Of a stretch of 64,000 nucleotides of DNA, positions 47,669 through 57,521 are shown piece after piece. The notes below the pieces were generated by a model that did no database searches, was not told the origin of the DNA, and was given only the letters and a program-made list of their open reading frames with translations. Position 1 is the stretch's first letter. Each line of letters opens with the position of its first letter. The translations under genes were made by a program, and so were the position numbers. Origin of the DNA: a virus (lineage: Duplodnaviria > Caudoviricetes); IMG/VR virus record IMGVR_UViG_3300026549_000069, positions 1 to 64,000 of that record. The stretch is one strand, 5' to 3'.

Positions 47669-50245
47669 ATGAAAAAGAATAGTTTTGACAACACATTTAC
47701 ATTTGTGCAAATAATTGCTGGCAAGCACGCTGGCGAGTACGGATATATCGAAGGAACATTCGGCAAAAAGATTGCCGTGGTAAGCGGCAAGCCTGATGGC
47801 GAACGCTTTGAATGCCTTGTTTCTTATGCTGACGTAGAGCGTGGCCTGTCAGATAACGAGATGCACATTGCAAAAGAATGTGCATTGAACTTCTATAATT
47901 TTGACATCAAAAGCAAAATTGAATACATTAATGCTTGTGATGATGCAGCGGAAATAGAGAGAGTTGCGGTGATAGCAAGAGACCGCATAATCAAGATGTC
48001 GAACATTGAAAACATTGTATTATAATGGATAACATTCAATTCAACCGCAAGTGCCGACAGGAAATTCAATGGCGGTACATATTGAATGCCATCCAGATGG
48101 CAAACCCAGATGCGATATTTGTTTCGCACAAAGAAATGCTCAAGTATATCATCTATGAATTTCATTGGGACAGCAACGTGGAATTAACCGCAACGGCTTT
48201 TGCGAAATGGCTAGAACAAAAACAAATCTGCATCGCCATTCCGCACGACAAAGCCACAATCATTGCAATTGGCAAGGCATGGGGATTTTGTCGAACGAAG
48301 AATTCAACTGACAGATTCGTTGAGACATGGTATGAGCGAATCGCGCAGAAATTTATTCAGATGTGTAACAAATTAAATGTAGAACTATGACAAAGAAAGA
48401 TTTAGTTGGTGCATTGCTTGTGTCGCACGGCGTTCTTAATAGCATCTTTGGTAATGCGCTTGAAAGTGCAAGCGGGATTATCATTGCAGCCATCTGCATT
48501 GTGGTTGGCTGTGTTGTACTTAATTTCGAAAGCGAAACAAATATTAATAGTAATATATAAATTAAACAATAGATATTATGAAAGTACTATCAAGAAAACA
48601 ATTACTTGCACTCCCGTATGACAAACAATTGCATGGACTTAAAGATTTTAAATCCGTGCTTGTTGTTCCGACATCTATCGTGTTCGATGAAATGCCGAAG
48701 TATCAATGGTTTGTCCTTGTTGGCTGTGATAAAAATGGTGATGCTTTAGCAAAGGTTGGCTACTGTGACGTGCTTGATATTGAGGGTGGCCACCCGGTGA
48801 TTGATGTGCTAGAAAACGGCATTACGCGAATCCATGATATGGGATGGCGCAAAATGAATGTATTAGATAATTCAGGTGCAACAATTATAATCGACAAAAA
48901 AGTATGACAATAATTATTATATTCGGACTTTTAGGCGCAATATTAAATGGTGACCTGTTGAAAATTGGTGGCCGTGGAATGAGAAAATAACTAACAAAGG
49001 CGGGTTCAAGTTGACCAGTGTAGTGGTAGTGGAAACCACACCCGCCACACAACAAACAATTAACATTATTCACTTTTAAACTTTTTAGATTATGAAAAAG
49101 CAAGAGTTTATCCAGCGTGTCAAGGACATAAAGAACAACATCGAGATTATTCCAGAGCCTTTGCGAGCAGAAGAGTTGAAAAAACGCGGATGCACGAATC
49201 CGATTGTGTATGGGATGTGGTGCGAGCGTAATATGGAGCGCAACTTGCGAGAAGATACAGAACGCAAGTTCACGTTTACAAGCGATATGTCAATCGCCGA
49301 GTGGTTCTTGCCGACAGAAGGTATTGCCGCCACATACGACACCATCGAGCGCGAGTTGATTGATTGGTGCTACGATAATTATGAGGCTTTTGCCGAGTTA
49401 ATTATTTCGATAAACCTCAAGGCTTGGGAACACGCTGCACGGAAGAATGAAACGTGGGCTATGTGGTACAGCGATATGTATCTTGCCGTGAAAGATTTGT
49501 ACTTCGACCACTTTACTGGAAACGAGGATGCAATCAACTACTATTTCGATTACGTTGACTAAAACTAATTCAATATCACCAGTCGCTCGCCGTGGGTTTG
49601 CTTGCGGCGGCGGCGATAAAAACAAACACTACTATGACACTAACGGAACTTGAATATTACAACGCACTTAATGCGCAAATAGGCGACTTGTGCGACAAGC
49701 TGATGGGCAATGCAGATTTGCAACTTGTATTAGAAACTGAAAACGAGCAGCAATATTGGCTTGCCAACCACTTAAATACGAATAACGGTGTTCCTGTATT
49801 ACTTTGGTGTTACGAAGAAGAGCGTGGAGATGGCTTTGACATCGATGATATTCACGACTGGTACGACTTTCGTGACAAGGTATTTGAACTTGTAACAAGC
49901 GGCAAAGTGACAGAATATTATCTGGAACATATTTAATCATTTAAAATTAAAACAACAATGGCTAATTTACAATACAGAATCGGTGGCTCACCTTATGTGT
50001 GGGTGGTGAAAGGAGAATGTGGATGCGATGTGTTTTTCGATTTCGAAAATGCACTTAATAGATACAATGAGGAATTTAAGAAATTGCAACACGATAAAAA
50101 TTGCAAACTTTGCATCAATGTTGCGGAAGATGCGGAAAAGTTGTATTACGCAGTTTTCATTAGAAACGAATGGTGTGGCATCAAAAGGATTTACCTCACA
50201 CTAGATGATAAGACTATTATTGACGGTAGAAAATTGAAAGAATAA
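47669..50245 (+). CDS. Cluster of small early hypothetical ORFs (about 47669..48025, 48025..48390, 48578..48907, 49092..49562, 49634..49936, 49958..50245)
   Basis: Co-oriented ORFs, several preceded by GC-rich hairpins and A-rich start regions. Confidence 0.6.
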
Positions 50246-50246
50246 T

Positions 50247-51023
50247 ATGAAATACGTTACATACTTGCGTGTATCAACGCAGAAACAAGGGCGGTCAGGG
50301 CTTGGTCTTGAGGCGCAACGAAAGATGTGTGCTGCATTTATTGAACAACATCACGGAGAACTTGCAAAAGAATTCGTTGATGTCGAAAGCGGAACACACC
50401 GTGACCGCAAAGGATTGTGGGCGGCTATTGATTATTGCAAGTCAAACAATATGCAACTTGTAATTGCAAAGCTCGACAGGTTGGCCAGAGACGTTGAATT
50501 TACATTTAAGGTAATCAACACTGGTATTCAAATCCATTTCACCGATATGCCGCTTGTTAATACAATGATTCTTGGTGTGTTCGCTGCTGTCGCTCAATAC
50601 GAAAGAGAGTTGACAAGCAAGCGCACAAAGGATGCACTTGCAGCGAAGAAAGCAAAGGGCGAAAAGATTGGTGCAGCCAGCGACAATTACCACATCACAA
50701 AAGAAAAGAAAGCCGAAAGCGCAAGCAAGGCAGGAGCGACTAGGACACGGCGGGTGCTTGAAAATCGTGATACGCAAGTACTCATTCAGATTATGAAGAA
50801 AGTATTTCCGAAGTGTCGCACAACCGAGGAAAGCAGATGGTGTTCTACATTTGTTTCCGTAAATTTGAAATCACGCAAGCAATTCTTTGATGCAATGGTT
50901 GAATACCAAAGTATCGACAATGATTTGTTCAGAACTTGGGATTTGTCAGACTTTGACAATCCAAAGCTGATTTCAAAGCTAACAAGTAAATTACAATCAA
51001 TCGTTAAAATGCTAACAAGATGA
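50247..51023 (+). CDS. Small serine recombinase (resolvase/invertase family)
   Basis: YLRVST.KQ..SGLGLEAQ, DVESG...R.GL, LVIAKLDRLAR and ERELTSKRTK motifs; 258 aa, no large-integrase domains. Confidence 0.9.
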   Translation: MKYVTYLRVSTQKQGRSGLGLEAQRKMCAAFIEQHHGELAKEFVDVESGTHRDRKGLWAAIDYCKSNNMQLVIAKLDRLARDVEFTFKVINTGIQIHFTDMPLVNTMILGVFAAVAQYERELTSKRTKDALAAKKAKGEKIGAASDNYHITKEKKAESASKAGATRTRRVLENRDTQVLIQIMKKVFPKCRTTEESRWCSTFVSVNLKSRKQFFDAMVEYQSIDNDLFRTWDLSDFDNPKLISKLTSKLQSIVKMLTR

Positions 51024-54000
51024 GAGCAAAGTATTGTGACACATTTCGTGGACGGTTATACGGCGAAAACGAAAAAGAAGTCTTTGTGATAACAGACAAT
51101 GGATTTACAAAGATTTCTGAAATGATTGGTCAAACCATTCACCGCTATGGCAAACCAGTCAACTATAAATATCAAGTTGAAATTACCAAACTTGACACAG
51201 AGGAACATGGTTGGTATAGCATCAAAGGGCGCAAGATTAACTAACACAATTAAAAATTAACATTATGAAGTTCGATAGTAAGAAATTCGCAAAGTGGGAA
51301 AATGAAACACATATCCCGAAAGAAATCATGGACATCGTAAATGCTGTTGCCGAAAAGATTGGTTGCGGTGAAGTTGAGGAAAGTACAATTGCTATTTACA
51401 ATCGTGGTGGCCAAGTTATTGGTTGGGCAAAGGGGTTCAGCCTGACGCACTGCACAAGTTCATACGAAACAGGACCGACACCAGACTATTCAAGCGCAAT
51501 GGCAAAATGGTTAAAGGGTCTAGGTTTTACGATTGAAAATTCTTACGGCGACAACGGCATGGATAGTGCAACGAATTGGCACGATACATTCTGGACACAC
51601 GATTTCACTTACAAGCCGACAGAGGTTTGGGAAGAAAGTTTTATAATTTGGGAAAATAAAGATTATATTGAATGAAATTATGAAACAGATTAAAGGTTAC
51701 ATGGCAACATTCAGACGGCGGATGACACCGTACTGCATTGAATTTGATGATTGCTATGATATTGTCAAGCGTGATGGCGGCTGGGCTATCAAGAAAGATG
51801 GCGAGTTTATGAACGATTATATCTATCATTCGAAATGGGCGGCAGCGTCTAGAATCGGTAAATGGGTTAAGTGATGACGCTTCAAATACTACAAAGATTG
51901 AACGTATTATGAACTGGCAATACAACGATGGCGGCAGGTCAAAGTATTTTGCAGCACGAAAGGTTGGCGACTGTGTTACTAGGGCAGTCGCCATAGCAAC
52001 AGGTCGTGACTACAAAGAAGTGTACAATGAAATAAAGACTGTCGTTGGTTATACACCACGCAATGGCATCTACAAAAAAGACACAAAGAAAGTGATGGAA
52101 CATTTCGGTGGCGTCTGGGTTGCTTGCAGTGGGATTGGCATAAAAGAAAGGGTACACCTAAATGACGCAGAAATGCCACTACAAGGACTTTTTGTGTGTA
52201 ACTTGAGCAAGCATGTCACCTGCGTAATTGATGGTGTTATAAATGACACCTATGACCCGTCAAGAAATGGAACACGAATGGTTTACGGATATTGGAAATT
52301 TTAAAAGTTATGGAAACAAAGGAAAAACAAATTCAGGCAATTAAAGATGCATTCGAAAGGGCTATGGCCGAAATTAACGAGAGAAGAGAATACAGGATGC
52401 GTAACTACTATGATTGCATTGATGATTATTCTTTCGGTGGTATTTGCGACAAAGCAGACAATGAACTTGAAGATATGTTGCGTATGCAACGTGACATCAA
52501 AATAGAGCAAGTTGAAAATGATGGTTTCTATTTTAGGACATCGATGTTCTATCGGTTGTGTGACAATGACGGCAATGCCGCTTTAGGCACAAAACACGGA
52601 CAATGGGGAGAGTTCTTTGTTATCAATGACAAGTGCGTCAGTGTGCCAAAGCGATTAGCCACACTAACAAAGAAAGGCTATAAACTTGAACAAGTAATAC
52701 GGACATATAAGTGCGAACTTAAAAGCATTAGAAACGGGCATGCCATAAACAAGTCAATGACTGTTATCGAAGAAAAAGTTATTGACATTACGCAAGACTC
52801 TATGCCTGATTACATCGGTGGCTTGCCATACATCGATTGGCAATATGAAAGTTATTTTAAAAATTAAGAGATATGGAATTTGAAAAAGATTTTATTCCTC
52901 GCCCTTACGAAGTAAAGGCAAAGGAGCATGTAAACAAAGTGTGCCGTGAGGATGAAATATCTTTCGGTTTTCATTATAACGAATGCGAACAAAGTCACCG
53001 GTATAGCGGTTTCACGAATGGGTATACGCAAGCAATTACAGATGCTATATCATTCCTGAAAAGCAAAGGAATGACGGACATGGCGGTAAGAATGCAGGAG
53101 GCTTTGCTATACGGAATAACAAACAAATAACTAAAACAATGCGACTATGACAAAGAAAGAAAAAGTACAGATTGACAACATTCTGTTTAGACTTAACACA
53201 ATTCTAGAATGTGCAGATGCAGACAATACGCTGTGCGTTGATGCCGATGGTGCATACACACATAATGCAATGGTATTGCGCAACCACATCCACGCAATCA
53301 TAAAGGATTTGCAAGTTTCTATTGAAAACGATTGTTTACTAATCAAAGATTATGTAAGTTAGTTATGGCAAACAAAGTAATTGTCCGCGACACCAAAAGC
53401 GGAGACGAAAAAGAGACGATGATTTATGACGCACGATTCAGTGCCGAATACACTCTGCAATTAGTGTGGTGTAGCGCACATCGTGTGAACGTGTTTGACA
53501 AGAAGATGCTTGAACGAGCAAAACTTGATTTCAATTACGAAACTGATTTTGTCTGGTTTGAAATAGGCGATGAAACTTATTCATGCGCAAAGCAAAGCGA
53601 CAGGGTAGATGTCTATGATGGCATCAATTCAAGCCCGCTGGATTTCTAATAACCGTGGCGGCGGTTCACTATCACCACCCGCCGCCGCAAACAACGACAA
53701 CGACAGCTATGACACAACTTGAACAAAGAATGTACAATGCTATCGCATCGGCTTGCGCAAAATACATTGCAAACGAAAGCATTGATTGGGAACAACGCAA
53801 ATATGAATGCGCAAAAGATTATGCCATTGGTCTTATGACATCAAAATGGTATGACGGCACGGAGCAACAAGCCATTGAACGTGGCATGGAATTTGCGGAG
53901 AACTTCATTGAATTGTACAAAAAATAACGACTATGAGCAAAAAGAAAGTGTGCTGCATTTGTGGCATTGAATTTAATGGTCGTGGCAATAATCCTCGACC

Positions 54001-54258
54001 TGTCAAAGATGACGGTGAATGCTGTGATAAATGCAATTATGCCTATGTGCTGCCAAAAAGAATTGAAAACGTAATTAGCAAAGTACGAAAATGAAAACTT
54101 TTGATGTATTCGCCATTGTTGTTTTTGGCATCATGGCATTGGTGACTTTTGTTGCTGGATTCTACAACCCGATTCATTTCCTTTTCAGTGCTTGTTGCGT
54201 GGCAATGGTTGTGATTGCTTACAAGGAATTGGAAAGTGAAAATGATAAAGAATGTTAA
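51020..54258 (+). CDS. Cluster of small hypothetical ORFs, including Zn-finger 53933..54094 and membrane peptide 54091..54258
   Basis: Track ORFs plus manual translation (MSKKKVCCICG...CCDKCN). Confidence 0.55.
51909..52304 (+). CDS. Papain-fold-like hypothetical protein
   Basis: GDCVTRA...SKHVTCVIDG..NDTYD, a putative Cys-His-Asp set. Confidence 0.45.
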   Translation: MNWQYNDGGRSKYFAARKVGDCVTRAVAIATGRDYKEVYNEIKTVVGYTPRNGIYKKDTKKVMEHFGGVWVACSGIGIKERVHLNDAEMPLQGLFVCNLSKHVTCVIDGVINDTYDPSRNGTRMVYGYWKF

Positions 54259-54262
54259 AATA

Positions 54263-54294
54263 TTTGGTGGGTTCAAAAAAACTATGTACTTTTG
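54263..54294 (+). promoter_or_regulatory. Bacteroidota-type promoter
   Basis: TTTG, 20-nt spacer, TACTTTTG. Confidence 0.8.
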
Positions 54295-54449
54295 CATCGC
54301 AATCGAATAACGGCGGTCGCAAGGACATAGTGGATTGACTTGTGGATTACATCCACACTCAATATATACCAACAAAAAGGAACATCCCTGCAACCTTCCG
54401 TTATAACTCAGAGGAGTTTGGTTGCAGGGAATGTTCTTTTTTGTTGACT

Positions 54450-55181
54450 ATGGCACAATTACGAAGAAAAATAATGACCGAATGCAAAGGACAACCACGA
54501 CTACAAAAAGCCGTGGCATTTGCTGTTTTTCTAAAATACAAACTCGGTCAATCTTCCATGATGCGCAATTATTCTGTCAACAAGATTCATACTTTGACAA
54601 AGATTTCAGCAACTACTATCAAAAAATATCTACCAATCTTGAAACAATGCGGATTTGTCGCTTTCTGCGGCAAAAACAATCAACACCTGATTGTGTCAAA
54701 ACTTTGTTCTCATACAAAGGGGCGCAATGTAAAGATTGATGATTTTTGCTTTGATTCATACAAAGATGTTTATAGGTCGTTGCGTGCTTATTTGGCATTG
54801 ATTATACAATCGCATAAAGATTTTGTTAAACGCTCGATTCAAATTGTTGCAAACCCAAAAAATTGGGAAGAATTTAAAGCAGCAAGAAGAAATGTGAAAC
54901 GACTCGTCAAGCAAGGTGTCTTATGTGGATTGTGTGATAAATACAAAGAGTATGGATTAAGTTTTAAGCGCATTGCTAGTGAAACTGGCAATTGCGCAAG
55001 AACTGCACAAAGAATTATGAACTATGCCATCAAAAAAGGTTGGGTATCTAAAAAAAGAAATTTCAAAAAGATATTCACACCAAAAATTAATCGTAGGCAA
55101 TCAGATATGTTTACTTTCTCAACTTTGAACAACATATACATTGTCTACGCTAACACATACGAATTGAACATTCTATTGTAG
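54450..55181 (+). CDS. Basic protein with two wHTH-like segments (DNA-binding/replication-associated)
   Basis: SVNKIHTLTKISATTIKKYLPILKQCG and LSFKRIASETGNCARTAQRIMNYAIKKGW; start set at ATG 54450 after the leader hairpin. Confidence 0.6.
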   Translation: MAQLRRKIMTECKGQPRLQKAVAFAVFLKYKLGQSSMMRNYSVNKIHTLTKISATTIKKYLPILKQCGFVAFCGKNNQHLIVSKLCSHTKGRNVKIDDFCFDSYKDVYRSLRAYLALIIQSHKDFVKRSIQIVANPKNWEEFKAARRNVKRLVKQGVLCGLCDKYKEYGLSFKRIASETGNCARTAQRIMNYAIKKGWVSKKRNFKKIFTPKINRRQSDMFTFSTLNNIYIVYANTYELNILL

Positions 55182-55224
55182 TGGTATGGTATTATATTAG
55201 TTGGTAAAAAATAAAGGCGCATTT

Positions 55225-55734
55225 ATGACTTACAAAGGTGACAATATTATCGGAAAGCCATCACTAGGTTTAATTCAAGTTTATATTGAAGAAAAAAGCC
55301 TAGGGTTAATTACACCGCAAGAGGTTTTTGATTATTGGGATAAAAAAGATTGGTTGACAAAGAAAGGTTCTGAAGTCAAAACTTTAGAGTCGGCTATCAA
55401 TGTGTATAATAGTATTGTCGTACAAAAAGCATTAAAGGGGAACAAAAAAACAAGGAAAGAAATAAAAAGTGCTTTTACTGCAATTAAAAAGAAAAACAAA
55501 CAACCTAAAAAGCATTCAGAATATTCAGAACAATTAAAAGATGAAAGATGGAAAGCATTTAGGTGGTTTGTTATGAAAGTTCGTGGTAACGAATGTGAAA
55601 TATGCAAATCTACAAATAACTTACAAGTACACCATATTGAATACATTAAAAACGCAAAAGCATGGGAATATAATGTAAATCAAGTAATAGTTGTTTGTAG
55701 GGAATGTCATAAGAAAATACATAATATTAAATAA
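55225..55734 (+). CDS. HNH endonuclease
   Basis: CEICKSTNNLQVHHIEY...VVCRECHKKIH. Confidence 0.85.
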   Translation: MTYKGDNIIGKPSLGLIQVYIEEKSLGLITPQEVFDYWDKKDWLTKKGSEVKTLESAINVYNSIVVQKALKGNKKTRKEIKSAFTAIKKKNKQPKKHSEYSEQLKDERWKAFRWFVMKVRGNECEICKSTNNLQVHHIEYIKNAKAWEYNVNQVIVVCRECHKKIHNIK

Positions 55735-55753
55735 GATAATTTAAATTGGAACA

Positions 55754-56620
55754 ATGAAATCAAACGAGGTAACAAAATTCATGTGGTATATGTGCAACAA
55801 GTGGTCGCTTGACGAGGCACGGGAATTGTTCGGTGACAATCTTGGAGCACATATCTACCAAAAGAAATTGCATCTACAAGGAATTGGCTACGACACGCTG
55901 TACTGGTATGGTGACCTAGATGAAACGTGCCGGCAAAAGATTGTTGACCGCGCAAATGAAATCTACAAAAACGCGTAGAATTTGATTCTAGCGGCTTTAA
56001 TCCACAAAGCTGATTAACTTATCATTTCACAAACAAAAGTCGAACACGGGGCAAATAAACCACTAAATTTTCAAGTTATGGACAATACGAATGACAACAA
56101 GAAATCAAGTGCATCGCAGAATGCGATGATTCTCGCCTATATGCAGGACGGAAACAAGATAACATCTTTGCTTGCTTTGAAGCTTTTCGGCTGTATGCGT
56201 CTAGCATCACGAATCTGTGATTTGCGGGAACGTGGATATGACATCAAGGCTGAAAAAATCCAAGTGCCTAGCGGTAAATATGTGACAGAGTATTCACTCA
56301 ATCAATAATTAATAATATGGCTTATGGAAACGAAAATTTGTAAATGCTGCGGGAGAGAACTTCCAATTGATGATTTCCGTGTTACGAAATTGGGTCGCAG
56401 AAACACTTGCAACGAATGCGTAAGCAAGAAAATAGCGGATGCTAAAAAAAGAAAAAATGACGGATTGACATTTGAGGAGGAATTGGAAAGAGCAAAGACA
56501 TTGCGGCTGCAAGATTTCACACCGCGTGAATTGATGACCGAATTAAAGCGCCGTGGTTACGATGGCAAGCTGACATTCACACAGGTGATTGAAATAGATA
56601 TTAGCAAAATTGGGGAATAA
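55754..56620 (+). CDS. Small ORFs: hypothetical 55754..55978, wHTH 56078..56308, Zn-finger 56324..56620
   Basis: RLASRICDLRERGYDI (wHTH); KICKCCGRELP...TCNECV. Confidence 0.6.
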
Positions 56621-56650
56621 GAACAATCAAGGTTAACAAAGGTTAAACAT

Positions 56651-56681
56651 TTTGCAATATCAAAAATAACTTGTATCTTTG
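56651..56681 (+). promoter_or_regulatory. Bacteroidota-type promoter for the tRNA/ThyX-like unit
   Basis: TTTG, 19-nt spacer, TATCTTTG. Confidence 0.8.
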
Positions 56682-56775
56682 CATTGTAAAACAACCAAGG
56701 TTGGCGTTTAACTTAATTATTAACAATATGGGGTGGTTTTACACTAAATTTGCGTAACTTGGTTGTTTTACATTT

Positions 56776-56847
56776 TGGCGATTGGTGTAATGGTTTGCAC
56801 GTCAGTTTTTGGCACTGAAAGGGCAAGTTCAATTCTTGCATCGCCAA
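56776..56847 (+). tRNA. trnQ: tRNA-Gln(UUG)
   Basis: Acceptor TGGCGAT/ATCGCCA, D arm GTGT/GCAC, anticodon stem TCAGT/ACTGA with loop TT-TTG-GC, T arm GCAAG-TTCAATT-CTTGC; CCA not encoded. Confidence 0.92.
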
Positions 56848-56965
56848 CAAGTTGAAAGGTTTTCGTTAATGGTGAATGATTGCCGGGCGTGCAGTGTAAC
56901 AATTACAAACCATTAAAAATACATTGCAGCCCGACTTTTTACTAACATTTAAAAGAATTGTATAT

Positions 56966-57520
56966 ATGATTGAGATTGAATTATTGGAAATTTCTGGCAT
57001 CGTTGGCGCATTGCGTGCATTACGTTTGCCGTATGGAAAAGAATGTCGTTCAAAAATTGACGGTGGCGGCAATCTTACACTTGATAGTAACAATAAAATC
57101 GTTTTTCATTCAAATTGGTTTATTAACATAGATGAAAATGATTTAAACCTACTGACACGTCTTGTTTCTGCTGGCGATGAACACGCCAAGGTTATGCGTG
57201 GTGTAGTCGCTTATTTTGAAATCAATGCGCCACGTTTTTGGTGGCAAGAATTTGACACATACAGAATCGGCTGTGAAAAACTTTCTAGCGAATCCACAAT
57301 GCACATACAAGGCAAAGGACTTTCAGAAAAAGAACTTGTTGAAACGAAAAGCAAGTTATGTGAGGGAACGATGCAAAAAAGAGTTGTGATGATTTCTTAT
57401 CAAACATTGCGGAGAATCTATAGGCAAAGGAAAAATCACAGGTTGCCGCATTGGCGAATGTTCTGCGAATTTTTAAAAAACGAATTGCCATTACAAGAAC
57501 TTATAACTGCACAATCGTAA
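56966..57520 (+). CDS. ThyX-like (flavin-dependent thymidylate synthase-related) phage protein
   Basis: HAKVMR, APRFWWQEFDTYRIG, SESTMH and QRKNHRLPHW motifs. Confidence 0.6.
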   Translation: MIEIELLEISGIVGALRALRLPYGKECRSKIDGGGNLTLDSNNKIVFHSNWFINIDENDLNLLTRLVSAGDEHAKVMRGVVAYFEINAPRFWWQEFDTYRIGCEKLSSESTMHIQGKGLSEKELVETKSKLCEGTMQKRVVMISYQTLRRIYRQRKNHRLPHWRMFCEFLKNELPLQELITAQS

Positions 57521-57521
57521 T

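Noticed and set aside
50247-51023. Integrase / prophage boundary
   Set aside because: Too short for a large serine integrase; no att-like repeats or host genes seen.
54342-54449. Upstream-extended starts in the track (54342, 42589, 56924, 58216, 44227, 33645)
   Set aside because: They run through structured leaders or an upstream ORF; downstream ATGs with A-rich start regions or stop overlaps fit better.
56685-56772. CRISPR repeat or anti-CRISPR RNA (GTTGTTTTAC resembles some type VI-B repeat ends)
   Set aside because: Only about 10 nt of similarity, a single inverted pair and no spacer array anywhere in the window.
56848-56940. tRNA-associated theta (HDV-like) ribozyme
   Set aside because: No P1 starting at the tRNA 3' end and no recognisable P3/L3 or J4/2 core; only a hairpin with loop pairing.
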